Shown here: one piece after another, positions 39,354-47,918 of the stretch
Layout of the letters: every line of letters begins with the position of its first letter
Numbering within the stretch: position 1 is the first letter of the stretch
Assembly: GCA_965216945.1 (NCBI GenBank)
Contig: CBDCGU010000003.1
Location: 2,440,382-2,504,381 of the forward strand
Origin: Acidimicrobiia bacterium
GTDB lineage: Bacteria; Actinomycetota; Acidimicrobiia; Spongiisociales; UBA5794
Length of the DNA: 64,000 nt
Direction of reading: 5' to 3'
Notes under the pieces: model-generated
What the model was told of the DNA's origin: nothing
Database searches by the model: none
What the model saw: the letters and a program-made list of their open reading frames with translations, nothing else
Position numbers and translations under genes: made by a program

Positions 39354-39857
39354 ATGGACACGCTCATGCTCGCTGGTGATGGCCACCGTCCCGAGGGCGG
39401 TGCAATCGGGAGCGGGCCGACTGATGCTCACGCACCGCCAACCCTCGAGTTCGAGCTCGCCGCCGAGGCTGCTGCGCCTTCTCGGGCTCGAGCGATCATC
39501 GCCGAGGTCGCAGCCGATCTCCCTGGGCCGGTCGTGTCTCGCGCTCAGCTCGCGGCGAGTGAGCTGGTGACCAACGCCGTACGCCATGGCTCCGACGAGG
39601 GTGGTTCCCTGCGAGTCCGCATCGTCGCCACACCGGCGGCCGCTCGACTATGGCTCGAAGTCACGGACGACGGTCGCACCTTTCCAAGGCCCGGCTCGGA
39701 GGTCGGCGACCATCGGTCGGACGATCGGGGGGGCTTCGGTCTGGGTATCGTCGAGGCCGTCGCGGATTCTGTCGAGGTCGTGCGCGGTGCGGCGTGGCGC
39801 GTCGTCGCCGAGTTCTGGGGAAGCGGGCCGGCAGGACATCTCCATCGCCACGTTTGA
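39354..39857 (+). CDS. RsbW-like anti-sigma factor / serine kinase (HATPase domain)
   Basis: N-box SELVTNAVRHG, EVTDDG, and GGFGLGIVEAV are all present. Confidence 0.7.
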   Translation: MDTLMLAGDGHRPEGGAIGSGPTDAHAPPTLEFELAAEAAAPSRARAIIAEVAADLPGPVVSRAQLAASELVTNAVRHGSDEGGSLRVRIVATPAAARLWLEVTDDGRTFPRPGSEVGDHRSDDRGGFGLGIVEAVADSVEVVRGAAWRVVAEFWGSGPAGHLHRHV

Positions 39858-39913
39858 GCTTGCTCCGGACCGGGTAGTTCGGAAGGACACCCGACCCAGA
39901 GGAGCGACACAGG

Positions 39914-40474
39914 ATGGAATCGCGCTTTCGGCCCGCCGGATTGTCGAGCGAGACCGCAGACGAGCTCGTCGAGGTTCTGCAAAGCCGACTCGTCAGCCTC
40001 ATCGACGTGAGCCTCGTGTTGAAGCACATTCACTGGAACGTCGTGGGACCCGGCTTCATCGGTGTTCATGAGATGCTCGACGATCACGTCGCTGGAGTGC
40101 GTGCGGCCGCCGATGAGGTCGCGGAGCGAATCGCCACGTTGGGAGGTGTTCCCAACGGTCTCCCGGGCCACCTGACGCATACTCGCTCGTGGGACGACTA
40201 CGCGATCGGTCGCGCGGTCGTTGCCGCCCACCTCGGTGCGCTCGACAAGGTCTACGACGGCGTGATCGCCGACCACAGAACCGCCGCCGAGTTCGCTGCC
40301 GACCGCGATCCGGTGACCGAGGACATGCTGGTTGCCCAGACCGGAACCCTTGAGCTATACCAATGGTTCGTGAGAGCCCACGTGGAGAACACGTCGGGTG
40401 AGCTCATGAGCGGTGACGCCGACACCGAACTCGAGGCCGCCGCAGCCGCAGCGACTGCCAGTCCCCTCGATTGA
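39914..40474 (+). CDS. dps: Dps (DNA protection during starvation) ferritin-like protein
   Basis: LQSRLVSLIDVSLVLKHIHWNVVGPGFIGVHEMLDD...RIATLGG... is the Dps ferroxidase signature. Confidence 0.9.
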   Translation: MESRFRPAGLSSETADELVEVLQSRLVSLIDVSLVLKHIHWNVVGPGFIGVHEMLDDHVAGVRAAADEVAERIATLGGVPNGLPGHLTHTRSWDDYAIGRAVVAAHLGALDKVYDGVIADHRTAAEFAADRDPVTEDMLVAQTGTLELYQWFVRAHVENTSGELMSGDADTELEAAAAAATASPLD

Positions 40475-40654
40475 GCACGCCCCCTCCCGAGAGGGCACTG
40501 CTGCCTGAAGCCTCGCGCGTAAAGACGCGGGACGGGCGGTCCGATGTGCCTGCACTTTGTTCTTACCGGCCAACCTCGTAGGCTGCCCGCCGCCACGGTT
40601 GCGTGGCGTGGGAAGGCTGCCAGACGCAGAGGAACCGCCGCGGTGACGTCCGAC

Positions 40655-42577
40655 ATGACAGAGACCTCCGAGCCCGCGACGACGTCTCCGACGACGCCCG
40701 GCCCGGTATCGCCACCCCGCCCGCGGGCCTATGCCGCGGTCAGCCTGACGTTTCTCGGCCTGTCCCTGATCCTGGGCGGTCTCGCCGGTCTTCAGCTACT
40801 GATCCCCGAATTGTTCGAGGGGGTCGCCTTCCTCACATACGGCAAGCTGGCGCCGATCGCAACGGACATGTTCCTCTATGGCTGGCTCACGATCGGGCTG
40901 GCCGGTGCGTTGCTGTACTCCGTCGGCAGCGCCGGGGGCGTCGGCATCCCGCAGTCGCTTGCCGCACGCTCGGCGCTCGCTCTCCTGACCGTGGGTGTCC
41001 TGGCCGGCACGGTTGGGATCGCTCTCGGTTTCAACGAAGGCCGGCAATATCTCGAGTACCCGCTGTGGGCCGACGTCTTCCTGCTCGCCGGGTTCATATC
41101 ACTCGCCGCCACGATCGCTCGCATGTCGAAACGCGCCGCGGTCAACCCAGGACCTGTGAGGTGGTACGCGAACGCCGCCGTGTTGTGGCTCGTCCTTGCG
41201 TTCATCGTCGGCAACGTTCCCGGTATCAGTGGCGTTGCCGTCGCCTTCCAGGCGTCGTTCTTTCGGGCGTCGCTTTTCGGGCTGTGGCTGGCAGCGGGCG
41301 CTGTCGCCGTCGTCTATCACCTGATCCCGCGCATCGCCGGACGCAGCGCGCTTGTCCCGACTCGGATGACGCTGCTCGGATTCTGGTCGTTGACATTCGT
41401 GTGGGCGCTCACCGCCCCGGCGAACCTGACGTACTCCCCGGCGCCGGACTGGTTGGAGACGGTCGGTGTCGTGTTTTCCTTCGGCCTGCTCATCCCCCCG
41501 CTCATCATCGGCAGCGACCTGCTCGTCGCCATGCGGGGCAGGTGGCAGGCAAGCGCCGGCAGCCTCCCACTCAGCTTCACGGTGCTCGGCATGGTTCTGC
41601 TCGCAATGTGGCCGCTCATGAACGTGTCGCTCTCCATCCGCTCGTCGAGTGGCGTCGTTCAGTTCACGGACTGGGTCTCGGGTACGGACGGGTTGCTGCT
41701 GTTCGGGGCAGTCTCGGCTTGGCTGGTGGCCTACAACTACTTCGCCGGCGGCGATCTCTTCCGGGGTTCTGCGCGCCGCGGGCTGGGAAGGCTGCACTAT
41801 CTCGGTACCGTCGTGGGTTTGCTGTTGTGGCTCGGCGCCTCGGTGCTGGCCGGCCTGACGGCGGGGTGGACTTGGGTGGCATCGGCGAACGACGCTGCGG
41901 TACCCGTGGCAGGCTTGGGCTTCTCCAACACCCTGGGCGGTGTCGAGGAGTTGTACATCGCCCGCTTCATCGGGTTCGTCGTCTTTCTCCTCGCCCAGTT
42001 GATCTTCATCGTGAACGTCACGACGGCCCGCGGCTCCGACCCCGCCCCCGACATCGACGAAGGCGTCCAGGAGCTCGACCCCGAGCTCGCTCTCGCCGGC
42101 GACGGCCCCTCCCGGCTGCGCCTCGCCGTGGTCACCCTGTTCGTGCTCGCCGTGACGTTCGTGGTCTTGGTGCCCTGGGCCGAGATGGCGGGTGCCGATG
42201 CGAGCATTCGCGGCGACACGGCGCGGCGATACACCACGGCGGACGAGGTCGCCCGGGGACGGGAGATCTACCTGCAGGAGGGCTGTTGGTACTGCCACAC
42301 CCAGCAGGTGCGGCCCATCGTCGGAGACGTCGGGCTTGGTCCCGTGTCCGAGGCCGGCGACTACGTGTTCGAGACTCCCGCACTCTTCGGCGTCCAGCGC
42401 CTCGGCCCCGACTTGATGCATGCCGGCAACCGTCCCGATACGGACGATCCGGCATGGCTCGAGCGATACCTGGCCGATCCGAGGTCGGAACGCTCGTACT
42501 CCAACATGCCGTCGTACGATCATCTCTCGAGCTCGGATCTCGCCGACCTCGCTGCCTATGTAGCAAGCCTGAAGTGA
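40655..42577 (+). CDS. cbb3-type oxidase CcoN-like membrane domain (all metal-ligand His substituted) fused to a CcoO-type monohaem cytochrome c domain
   Basis: 640 aa from ATG 40655. Similar to CcoN along its length, but APIATD, FRASLF, APANLTY and GTDGLL stand at the His ligand positions. The C-terminal domain has EGCWYCHTQQVRP...GPDLMHAG...NMPSY. Confidence 0.8.
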   Translation: MTETSEPATTSPTTPGPVSPPRPRAYAAVSLTFLGLSLILGGLAGLQLLIPELFEGVAFLTYGKLAPIATDMFLYGWLTIGLAGALLYSVGSAGGVGIPQSLAARSALALLTVGVLAGTVGIALGFNEGRQYLEYPLWADVFLLAGFISLAATIARMSKRAAVNPGPVRWYANAAVLWLVLAFIVGNVPGISGVAVAFQASFFRASLFGLWLAAGAVAVVYHLIPRIAGRSALVPTRMTLLGFWSLTFVWALTAPANLTYSPAPDWLETVGVVFSFGLLIPPLIIGSDLLVAMRGRWQASAGSLPLSFTVLGMVLLAMWPLMNVSLSIRSSSGVVQFTDWVSGTDGLLLFGAVSAWLVAYNYFAGGDLFRGSARRGLGRLHYLGTVVGLLLWLGASVLAGLTAGWTWVASANDAAVPVAGLGFSNTLGGVEELYIARFIGFVVFLLAQLIFIVNVTTARGSDPAPDIDEGVQELDPELALAGDGPSRLRLAVVTLFVLAVTFVVLVPWAEMAGADASIRGDTARRYTTADEVARGREIYLQEGCWYCHTQQVRPIVGDVGLGPVSEAGDYVFETPALFGVQRLGPDLMHAGNRPDTDDPAWLERYLADPRSERSYSNMPSYDHLSSSDLADLAAYVASLK

Positions 42578-42581
42578 CATC

Positions 42582-43490
42582 GTGGAACAGCTGATCGCTC
42601 AAATCGCCGAGATGCACGGCTACCCCGCCGAGATGGTGGAGCGGGCCGCAGCTGCGCGCGCCGGGGCCATGGGTGTCGGCATCGAGCAGGTGTTGCAGCA
42701 GTGGGCGGGTGGCGACGCCGCCCCGGTGGCGCCGGTGGCGCCGGCGGCTGCACCCGAGGCTACGGCACCGGAGTCATCCCTGCCGGCCGAGTCTGCGGCG
42801 CCTGCGCCAGACGAGGCACCGGGCGGCCCGGAGGTCGAGGTGCTCGGCCCGGTCGCCGGCGACGAGACACCCGATGATGATGCTGGCGAACCGGCAGTAC
42901 CCGAGGCGGCCGAGCGCAGAGTCCCGCAGGGATCGGTCGTGTCGGGTTTCCCGCGCTGGCTGGTGGCAGCGTTCGTCATCATCCCGGCCATCGCCCTGCT
43001 CTATCTGATGCAGGCTCCCGACGGCCCCGATTGCGGTGTCGCCGGCCAGCTGGCGCTCGATCCCGTCAGCGGGGAGGCCGTGAACTGCGACGGCACTCCA
43101 TACGGTGTGGAGGTCGTCAACTTCTTCTCGATGGGCCAGGAGATCTACGACACCCGTTGTTCGGCGTGCCACGGAGCCGGCGGTGGCGGTGGCGCTGGGC
43201 AGGTTCTCGCCGGTGGAGCAGTGCTCGCCAGCTTCCCGAGTGGCAGCTGCCTCGAGCACATCGATTGGGTGGCGTTGGGTTCGGACAACTGGCCTGATCC
43301 CACCTACGGTGCACTCGCCAAACCCGTGGGCGGCTTCGGCCAGATGCCTGGATTCGAGGGCACGCTCACGGAGGAGGAGATCGCCTCGGTGGTCCTCTAT
43401 GAGCGGGTGGCCTTCGGCGGCGAGGCCCTGCCCGACGCCGAAGCCGACTGTCAGGTCACGGACGCCGCGGAAGTGTCCGCAGCGCCCTGA
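42582..43490 (+). CDS. Membrane-anchored monohaem cytochrome c (CcoP-like position) with an N-terminal helical module
   Basis: GTG lies 4 nt after the upstream stop. The product has an N-terminal YPAEMVERAAAARAGAMGVGIEQVLQQW, an Ala/Pro linker, the helix WLVAAFVIIPAIALLYL, CSACH, and GQMPGF...VVLYERV. Confidence 0.75.
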   Translation: MEQLIAQIAEMHGYPAEMVERAAAARAGAMGVGIEQVLQQWAGGDAAPVAPVAPAAAPEATAPESSLPAESAAPAPDEAPGGPEVEVLGPVAGDETPDDDAGEPAVPEAAERRVPQGSVVSGFPRWLVAAFVIIPAIALLYLMQAPDGPDCGVAGQLALDPVSGEAVNCDGTPYGVEVVNFFSMGQEIYDTRCSACHGAGGGGGAGQVLAGGAVLASFPSGSCLEHIDWVALGSDNWPDPTYGALAKPVGGFGQMPGFEGTLTEEEIASVVLYERVAFGGEALPDAEADCQVTDAAEVSAAP

Positions 43491-43588
43491 TACACCGAGC
43501 ACTCCCGACCGAAGTCCTGCATCCATCGACGTTGCGGGCTGGCGTTGCAGCCGATCGCTCCTCCCTCGATGGCCCGGCCTCCATGGCG

Positions 43589-44503
43589 TCAACCGGTGCC
43601 GAGGCCCACGTCCGTTGCGGCTGGACAGGTGACGATCTCCCCGGGGTAGATGAGATCGGGGTCACCCGAGCGGAGGCGGGGCTGGTTCGTGCGGACGAGA
43701 TGCGCCCAATAAGTCGCAGTCTCGGCGTCAGACGGGCTCCGCTGCAGCACATCGGCGAGATGACGTTCGGCCACGAGCCACAGGTTGTCGCCAGGTGCGA
43801 TGTCGTACTCGTAGGCCTCGGTCGCCAACCGGCCCTCGGCGGCGACCGGTGCGGTGTCGGCTGCCGCCGGATCGAAACGCAAGGTGTGCTCGGGCGCCGT
43901 CGTTGCGATCGGGCGTGCCCGCTCACCGGCGGGCGTTGGCACGAATGACGCGTCGGTCTCTTCGCTGCTCGGGGCAGGAACCTCCGGGAGGTCACCGGCG
44001 GGCACCGGGATGTAGCCGGTCGGGGAAGGCTCGGCTTGGTCGAGATGGACGACCGGCACTGCGTAATGCTCGTGGGTGGGGGTCTGGGCGGCGACGGCGG
44101 CTCCGATGCCGCCGGCAGAGAGGGTCGATACCGCCAGCGACACGGCGACGGCGCGGTCGGCGAGACGACGTATCGCCGGCAACGTCAGCCACTCGACCGA
44201 GCGAATGAGCGTGGGGATTCTCGACGCCTTGGCGAGGGGATAGGCGACGAGGCTCGCCGCAACCCAATACGCCAGCATCAGCGCCAGCCACCGGGTGAAA
44301 GCAAGCAACACGCGCTCGGGTTCGTGGTCGCCGAGCCACACCCACAGGTTTCCCCACTCGATGGTGGCTGCCGTGTCGCCGGCGAGACCATGGAGAACGA
44401 CGATGGACACGATCGCCGAGGCGAGCGTGGCCGCCCATGGCAACGCGGCGGGAGCGGTGATGGTGCGGATCGACATGACCTCACCGTACTTCACTGAACG
44501 CAC
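43589..44503 (-). CDS. Membrane protein with a C-terminal LysM domain
   Basis: Three N-terminal helices and a C-terminal YDIAPGDNLWLVAERHL...IYPGEIV. The track start 44503 is GTG; ATG 44476 is an alternative. Confidence 0.65.
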   Translation of the reverse strand: MRSVKYGEVMSIRTITAPAALPWAATLASAIVSIVVLHGLAGDTAATIEWGNLWVWLGDHEPERVLLAFTRWLALMLAYWVAASLVAYPLAKASRIPTLIRSVEWLTLPAIRRLADRAVAVSLAVSTLSAGGIGAAVAAQTPTHEHYAVPVVHLDQAEPSPTGYIPVPAGDLPEVPAPSSEETDASFVPTPAGERARPIATTAPEHTLRFDPAAADTAPVAAEGRLATEAYEYDIAPGDNLWLVAERHLADVLQRSPSDAETATYWAHLVRTNQPRLRSGDPDLIYPGEIVTCPAATDVGLGTG

Positions 44504-44504
44504 G

Positions 44505-44519
44505 ATGACAAGGTGTCAT
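44505..44519. promoter_or_regulatory. Perfect palindrome ATGACA-agg-TGTCAT in an unusually AT-rich stretch
   Basis: Read directly. It lies between the divergent LysM-protein gene and ctaA. Confidence 0.4.
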
Positions 44520-44662
44520 ATCATGAAATGAGCGTTGAACAATCTTATATGCCTAAGCCTGGGCAGACTCCCGAACGGCGCGGCCCACGAGGGAACGGTC
44601 TCCGTCGTAGCGAGTCGTCCCCGGAAGCGGTAAGGCCGCGGCGGTCGGGTACGCTTGCCGCG

Positions 44663-45631
44663 ATGGCCACAGCCAGCCCTCCTCCCGAGACCACACCGTC
44701 CAGAGCCGTGCCCCGGCTGGCGTGGGCGAGCCTGGCGTTCACGGTTGCGGTCATCCTCGGAGGGGCCGTCGTTCGAGCGACCGACTCCGGCGCCGGGTGC
44801 GGCGAGTCGTGGCCCCGTTGTGATGGCCAGCTCATCCCGGTCTCGCCGCAGGGTGCGACGGTGATCGAGTTCACCCACCGCATGATGACGGCGGCGCTCG
44901 GGTTTGCGCTGATCGCGCTGGTCGTGCTCGTACTGCGGCACTACCCCAGAGGGCATCGGGTGCGACGTGCGCTGGCGTGGACGATCGGGTTCTTCGTCGG
45001 CGAGGTCATCATCGGGGCACTACTCGTGGTCTTCGGGTGGGTGGAGGACGATGCCAGCATCGGCAGGGTGATCGCCGTGACGGTGCACCTCGTCAACACG
45101 TTCCTCCTGCTCGGAGCGATGACGCTCACGGCACATCTCGCCTCGGGCCGGCCACCCGTGGAGCCCGACTGGAGACGCACCCGTGATCGGCTCCTCCTGG
45201 TCGGTGTGATCACGCTGCTCGTCGTCGGCGCCTCCGGGGCGCTCAACGCCCTGAGCGACACGCTGTTCCCCGCCGACTCGTTGCTCGACGGCATCCGTGC
45301 CGAATTCGGCCCGACGGCTCCTTTCCTCTTGCGGTTGCGGACGGTGCACCCCCTCATCGCCGTAGCGGGCAGTGGTGTCATCTTCATGCTGACGCGTGCC
45401 CCCTCCCTGGGTGGTTCGCCGCGGGTCAACCGCCTCTCGGTGTCGATCCAGGCGCTGCTCGGAGCGCAGGTCGTCATCGGCCTGCTCAACGTGGCGCTGC
45501 TGACGCCGGTGGAGACTCAGGTCGTCCATCTGCTTGCGGCGGACGTTCTCTGGATCCTGTGGGTGCTGCTTGCTGCCGAGGTGATCGGGGTTCGGTCGGT
45601 GTACGGTCTCCGCGAGCGTGAAGCCGCATGA
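44663..45631 (+). CDS. ctaA: Haem A synthase (COX15/CtaA family)
   Basis: MATASPPPE...GGAVVRATDSGAGCGESWPRCDG..., eight helices, and conserved His in HRMMTA and VHLVNTF. The ORF-track start 44513 would add 50 non-hydrophobic residues inside the AT-rich region, so the start is uncertain. Confidence 0.8.
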   Translation: MATASPPPETTPSRAVPRLAWASLAFTVAVILGGAVVRATDSGAGCGESWPRCDGQLIPVSPQGATVIEFTHRMMTAALGFALIALVVLVLRHYPRGHRVRRALAWTIGFFVGEVIIGALLVVFGWVEDDASIGRVIAVTVHLVNTFLLLGAMTLTAHLASGRPPVEPDWRRTRDRLLLVGVITLLVVGASGALNALSDTLFPADSLLDGIRAEFGPTAPFLLRLRTVHPLIAVAGSGVIFMLTRAPSLGGSPRVNRLSVSIQALLGAQVVIGLLNVALLTPVETQVVHLLAADVLWILWVLLAAEVIGVRSVYGLREREAA

Positions 45632-46530
45632 GCGCACCCGAGGTCCGCATCACCGACCCCGAGGAAACCGCTTCACGGGGTGGCGTCCTGCGTGCCTACT
45701 TCGAACTGACCAAGCCGCGCATCATCGAGCTTCTCCTGGTGACGACGGTGCCGGCGATGGCCGTGGCGGCGGCGGGATGGCCGGGTTCGTGGCTGGTGCT
45801 GGCAACGTTGATCGGCGGGGCGCTGTCTGCCGGGGGCGCCAACGCCATCAACCAGGTCGTGGATCGCGACATCGACCGGAAGATGCGCCGCACGCGACGC
45901 AGGCCGGTACCGACCGACCGTATCGGGCCCACCAACGCCGTTGTGTTCGGAACCACACTGGGGCTTGCCGGGTTCGCGTGGCTCTGGGCGACGACCAACC
46001 TCCTGGCGGCAACTCTGTCGACGCTCGGACTGCTCTTCTACGTGTTCGTCTACACGATGTATCTCAAGCGGAGGTCGGTTCAGAACATCGTCATCGGTGG
46101 TGCAGCCGGCGCAGTCCCGCCTCTGGTTGGATGGGCCGCCGTGGCCGGCGATCTGGCGCTGCCCGCCTGGATCATGTTCGCCATCGTCTTCTACTGGACC
46201 CCACCCCACTTCTGGGCACTGGCCCTCAAGTACGAGGCGGACTACGCCGCCGCCGGCGTACCCATGCTGCCCGTGGTCGCCGGCCGCAAGCGCACCGTCG
46301 ACCACATCGTCATGTATACCGTCGTGCTCGTTGGCGTCTCGCTCATGCTGGTGCCGACCGGGACCGTCGGTGTGCTCTACCTGGCGGCGGCGTCACTGCT
46401 CGGGATCGCGCTGTTCCTCGCGGCGTGGCGGCTGCGAACCCACGAAGGCGAGGCGATGCGCTTCTTCCACTGGTCCAACGGATACCTCGCCACGCTCTTC
46501 GTGGCGATGCTGGCGGACGCCCTCCTGTGA
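45628..46530 (+). CDS. ctaB: Protohaem IX farnesyltransferase (haem O synthase)
   Basis: LTKPRIIELLLVTT, NQVVDRDIDRKMRRTRRRP, YWTPPHFWALAL. Overlaps the ctaA stop by 4 nt. Confidence 0.9.
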   Translation: MSAPEVRITDPEETASRGGVLRAYFELTKPRIIELLLVTTVPAMAVAAAGWPGSWLVLATLIGGALSAGGANAINQVVDRDIDRKMRRTRRRPVPTDRIGPTNAVVFGTTLGLAGFAWLWATTNLLAATLSTLGLLFYVFVYTMYLKRRSVQNIVIGGAAGAVPPLVGWAAVAGDLALPAWIMFAIVFYWTPPHFWALALKYEADYAAAGVPMLPVVAGRKRTVDHIVMYTVVLVGVSLMLVPTGTVGVLYLAAASLLGIALFLAAWRLRTHEGEAMRFFHWSNGYLATLFVAMLADALL

Positions 46531-46667
46531 CGTCGCAACAGAGCGCAGGCTGGGGGAAGCGCCGCAGCGGTGTGGGCGGCGGGTCTCGGGGCCAGACCGC
46601 GGCGAGCCGCAGGATGGGGAGCTCGAGCCACCCGCCTTCCGGCGCCATGCGGCGGTAGATTCGCACC

Positions 46668-47672
46668 ATGAGCTCGGGGGTCTCGCTTGCCATCGTCGGG
46701 TTGGGACGCATGGGCCGGGTGCACGCCGAGGTGCTTGCCTCGGTTCCTGCCATCGACGTCGTCGCGGTGGTGGATCCGCGGCCTGAGGCGCAGGTGCGAG
46801 CCGCCGATCTGGTGCCGGGAGCCGTCGCGTTTCGCACCGTCGACGAGCTGGCCGAGTCGAGCGCGGCAACGGCGTGGCTGATCGCAGCCTCGACGCCAAG
46901 CCACCCTGAGCTCGTCGATGCCGCCATCGATGCGGGCGTCCACGTCTTGTGCGAGAAGCCGCTGGCCCTCGACATCTCGGTGGGAGAAGCAGTGGGAGAG
47001 CGAGCGGCAGCCGCAGGGCTCGTGCTGCAAGTGGGGTTCTGGCGCCGTTTCTCTCCTCCGTGGGCCGTGGCGAGGAGACTCGTCCGTGAAGGCGCCATCG
47101 GCCGGCCCCTGATGGTGCGCCTGGCGCAATGGGATCAGGATCCACCACCTCCCCAGTTCTGCGATCCGGCGGTCAGCGGCGGGCTCGCCATCGATTGCGG
47201 TGTCCACGAGTTCGATCTGGCCGAATGGTTGACGGGCAACCGCATCGTCCGCGTCTCCGGGCGACATCTGCCGATCGTCGAGCCGGCCGTTGCCGCCGCC
47301 GGTGATGTCGACAACCTCGTGGCGCTGCTCGACCTCGACGGCGGGGCCGTGGCGACCGTCGACCTGACCCGCAATGCTCGGTACGGCGAGGACGTGCGCA
47401 CCGAGATCCTCGGATCCGACGGCGCGGTGTTCGTCGACATGCTCCCCACCGGTCGCACCCGCCTCGCCGATGTGCGCGGGATCAGAGTCATCCCGGAGAG
47501 CGAGGTCGCCGCCGCAGATCATGCAGGCGTCGCAGAGCAAGCACGCGTGTTCGCCGCCCGCATCTCCGGTGCCCCGATCGACGCCCCGGGCGCCGCAGCA
47601 TCCAACCGCGCCGTTCACGTCGCTCACCGGGTCGAAGAGGCCGTGCGTCGAGGTGGACCCGTTGCCGTCTGA
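46668..47672 (+). CDS. Gfo/Idh/MocA-family oxidoreductase
   Basis: N-terminal Rossmann motif LAIVGLGRMGRVHA and the EKP motif VLCEKPLA. Confidence 0.85.
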   Translation: MSSGVSLAIVGLGRMGRVHAEVLASVPAIDVVAVVDPRPEAQVRAADLVPGAVAFRTVDELAESSAATAWLIAASTPSHPELVDAAIDAGVHVLCEKPLALDISVGEAVGERAAAAGLVLQVGFWRRFSPPWAVARRLVREGAIGRPLMVRLAQWDQDPPPPQFCDPAVSGGLAIDCGVHEFDLAEWLTGNRIVRVSGRHLPIVEPAVAAAGDVDNLVALLDLDGGAVATVDLTRNARYGEDVRTEILGSDGAVFVDMLPTGRTRLADVRGIRVIPESEVAAADHAGVAEQARVFAARISGAPIDAPGAAASNRAVHVAHRVEEAVRRGGPVAV

Positions 47673-47732
47673 TCCGACCCGACCGCACGGTCGCATCTGG
47701 GTTGCCGAGGGCCGCCGGCTCGGGCCGGCTTC

Positions 47733-47909
47733 GTGACCACGTGGCCCGTCCTGCTCGTGGCGACGGCGCTCGCGGTTGGTGGGGGAGTGGCGATCTTCGT
47801 GCGCGATCTCATCCACGGCCGCGCCACCAGCCTCCGCACCGTTGCCGAAGCCTTCCTTCCATTCCTCGCGCTGCTCGTGCTCGTCGTGGCGCTCTGGGTG
47901 GTTCAGTAG
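47733..47909 (+). CDS. Candidate small two-helix membrane protein (58 aa)
   Basis: My own translation from GTG: MTTWPVLLVATALAVGGGVAIFVRDLIHGRATSLRTVAEAFLPFLALLVLVVALWVVQ. GC3-rich. It fills the gap between two annotated genes and falls below the track cutoff. Confidence 0.3.
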   Translation: MTTWPVLLVATALAVGGGVAIFVRDLIHGRATSLRTVAEAFLPFLALLVLVVALWVVQ

Positions 47910-47918
47910 GGTTCCGCC

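Noticed and set aside
40603-42594. 663-aa alternate-frame ORF overlapping the CcoN-O gene
   Set aside because: The translation is an Arg/Pro/Gly-rich string with no helices. The other frame gives a coherent 12-helix membrane protein plus a CcoO domain.
44513-44662. The first 50 codons of the ctaA ORF (MSYHEMSVEQSYMPKPG...)
   Set aside because: This part lies in an atypically AT-rich intergenic-looking stretch, starts inside a palindrome, and is not part of the CtaA fold. It is retained only as an alternative start.
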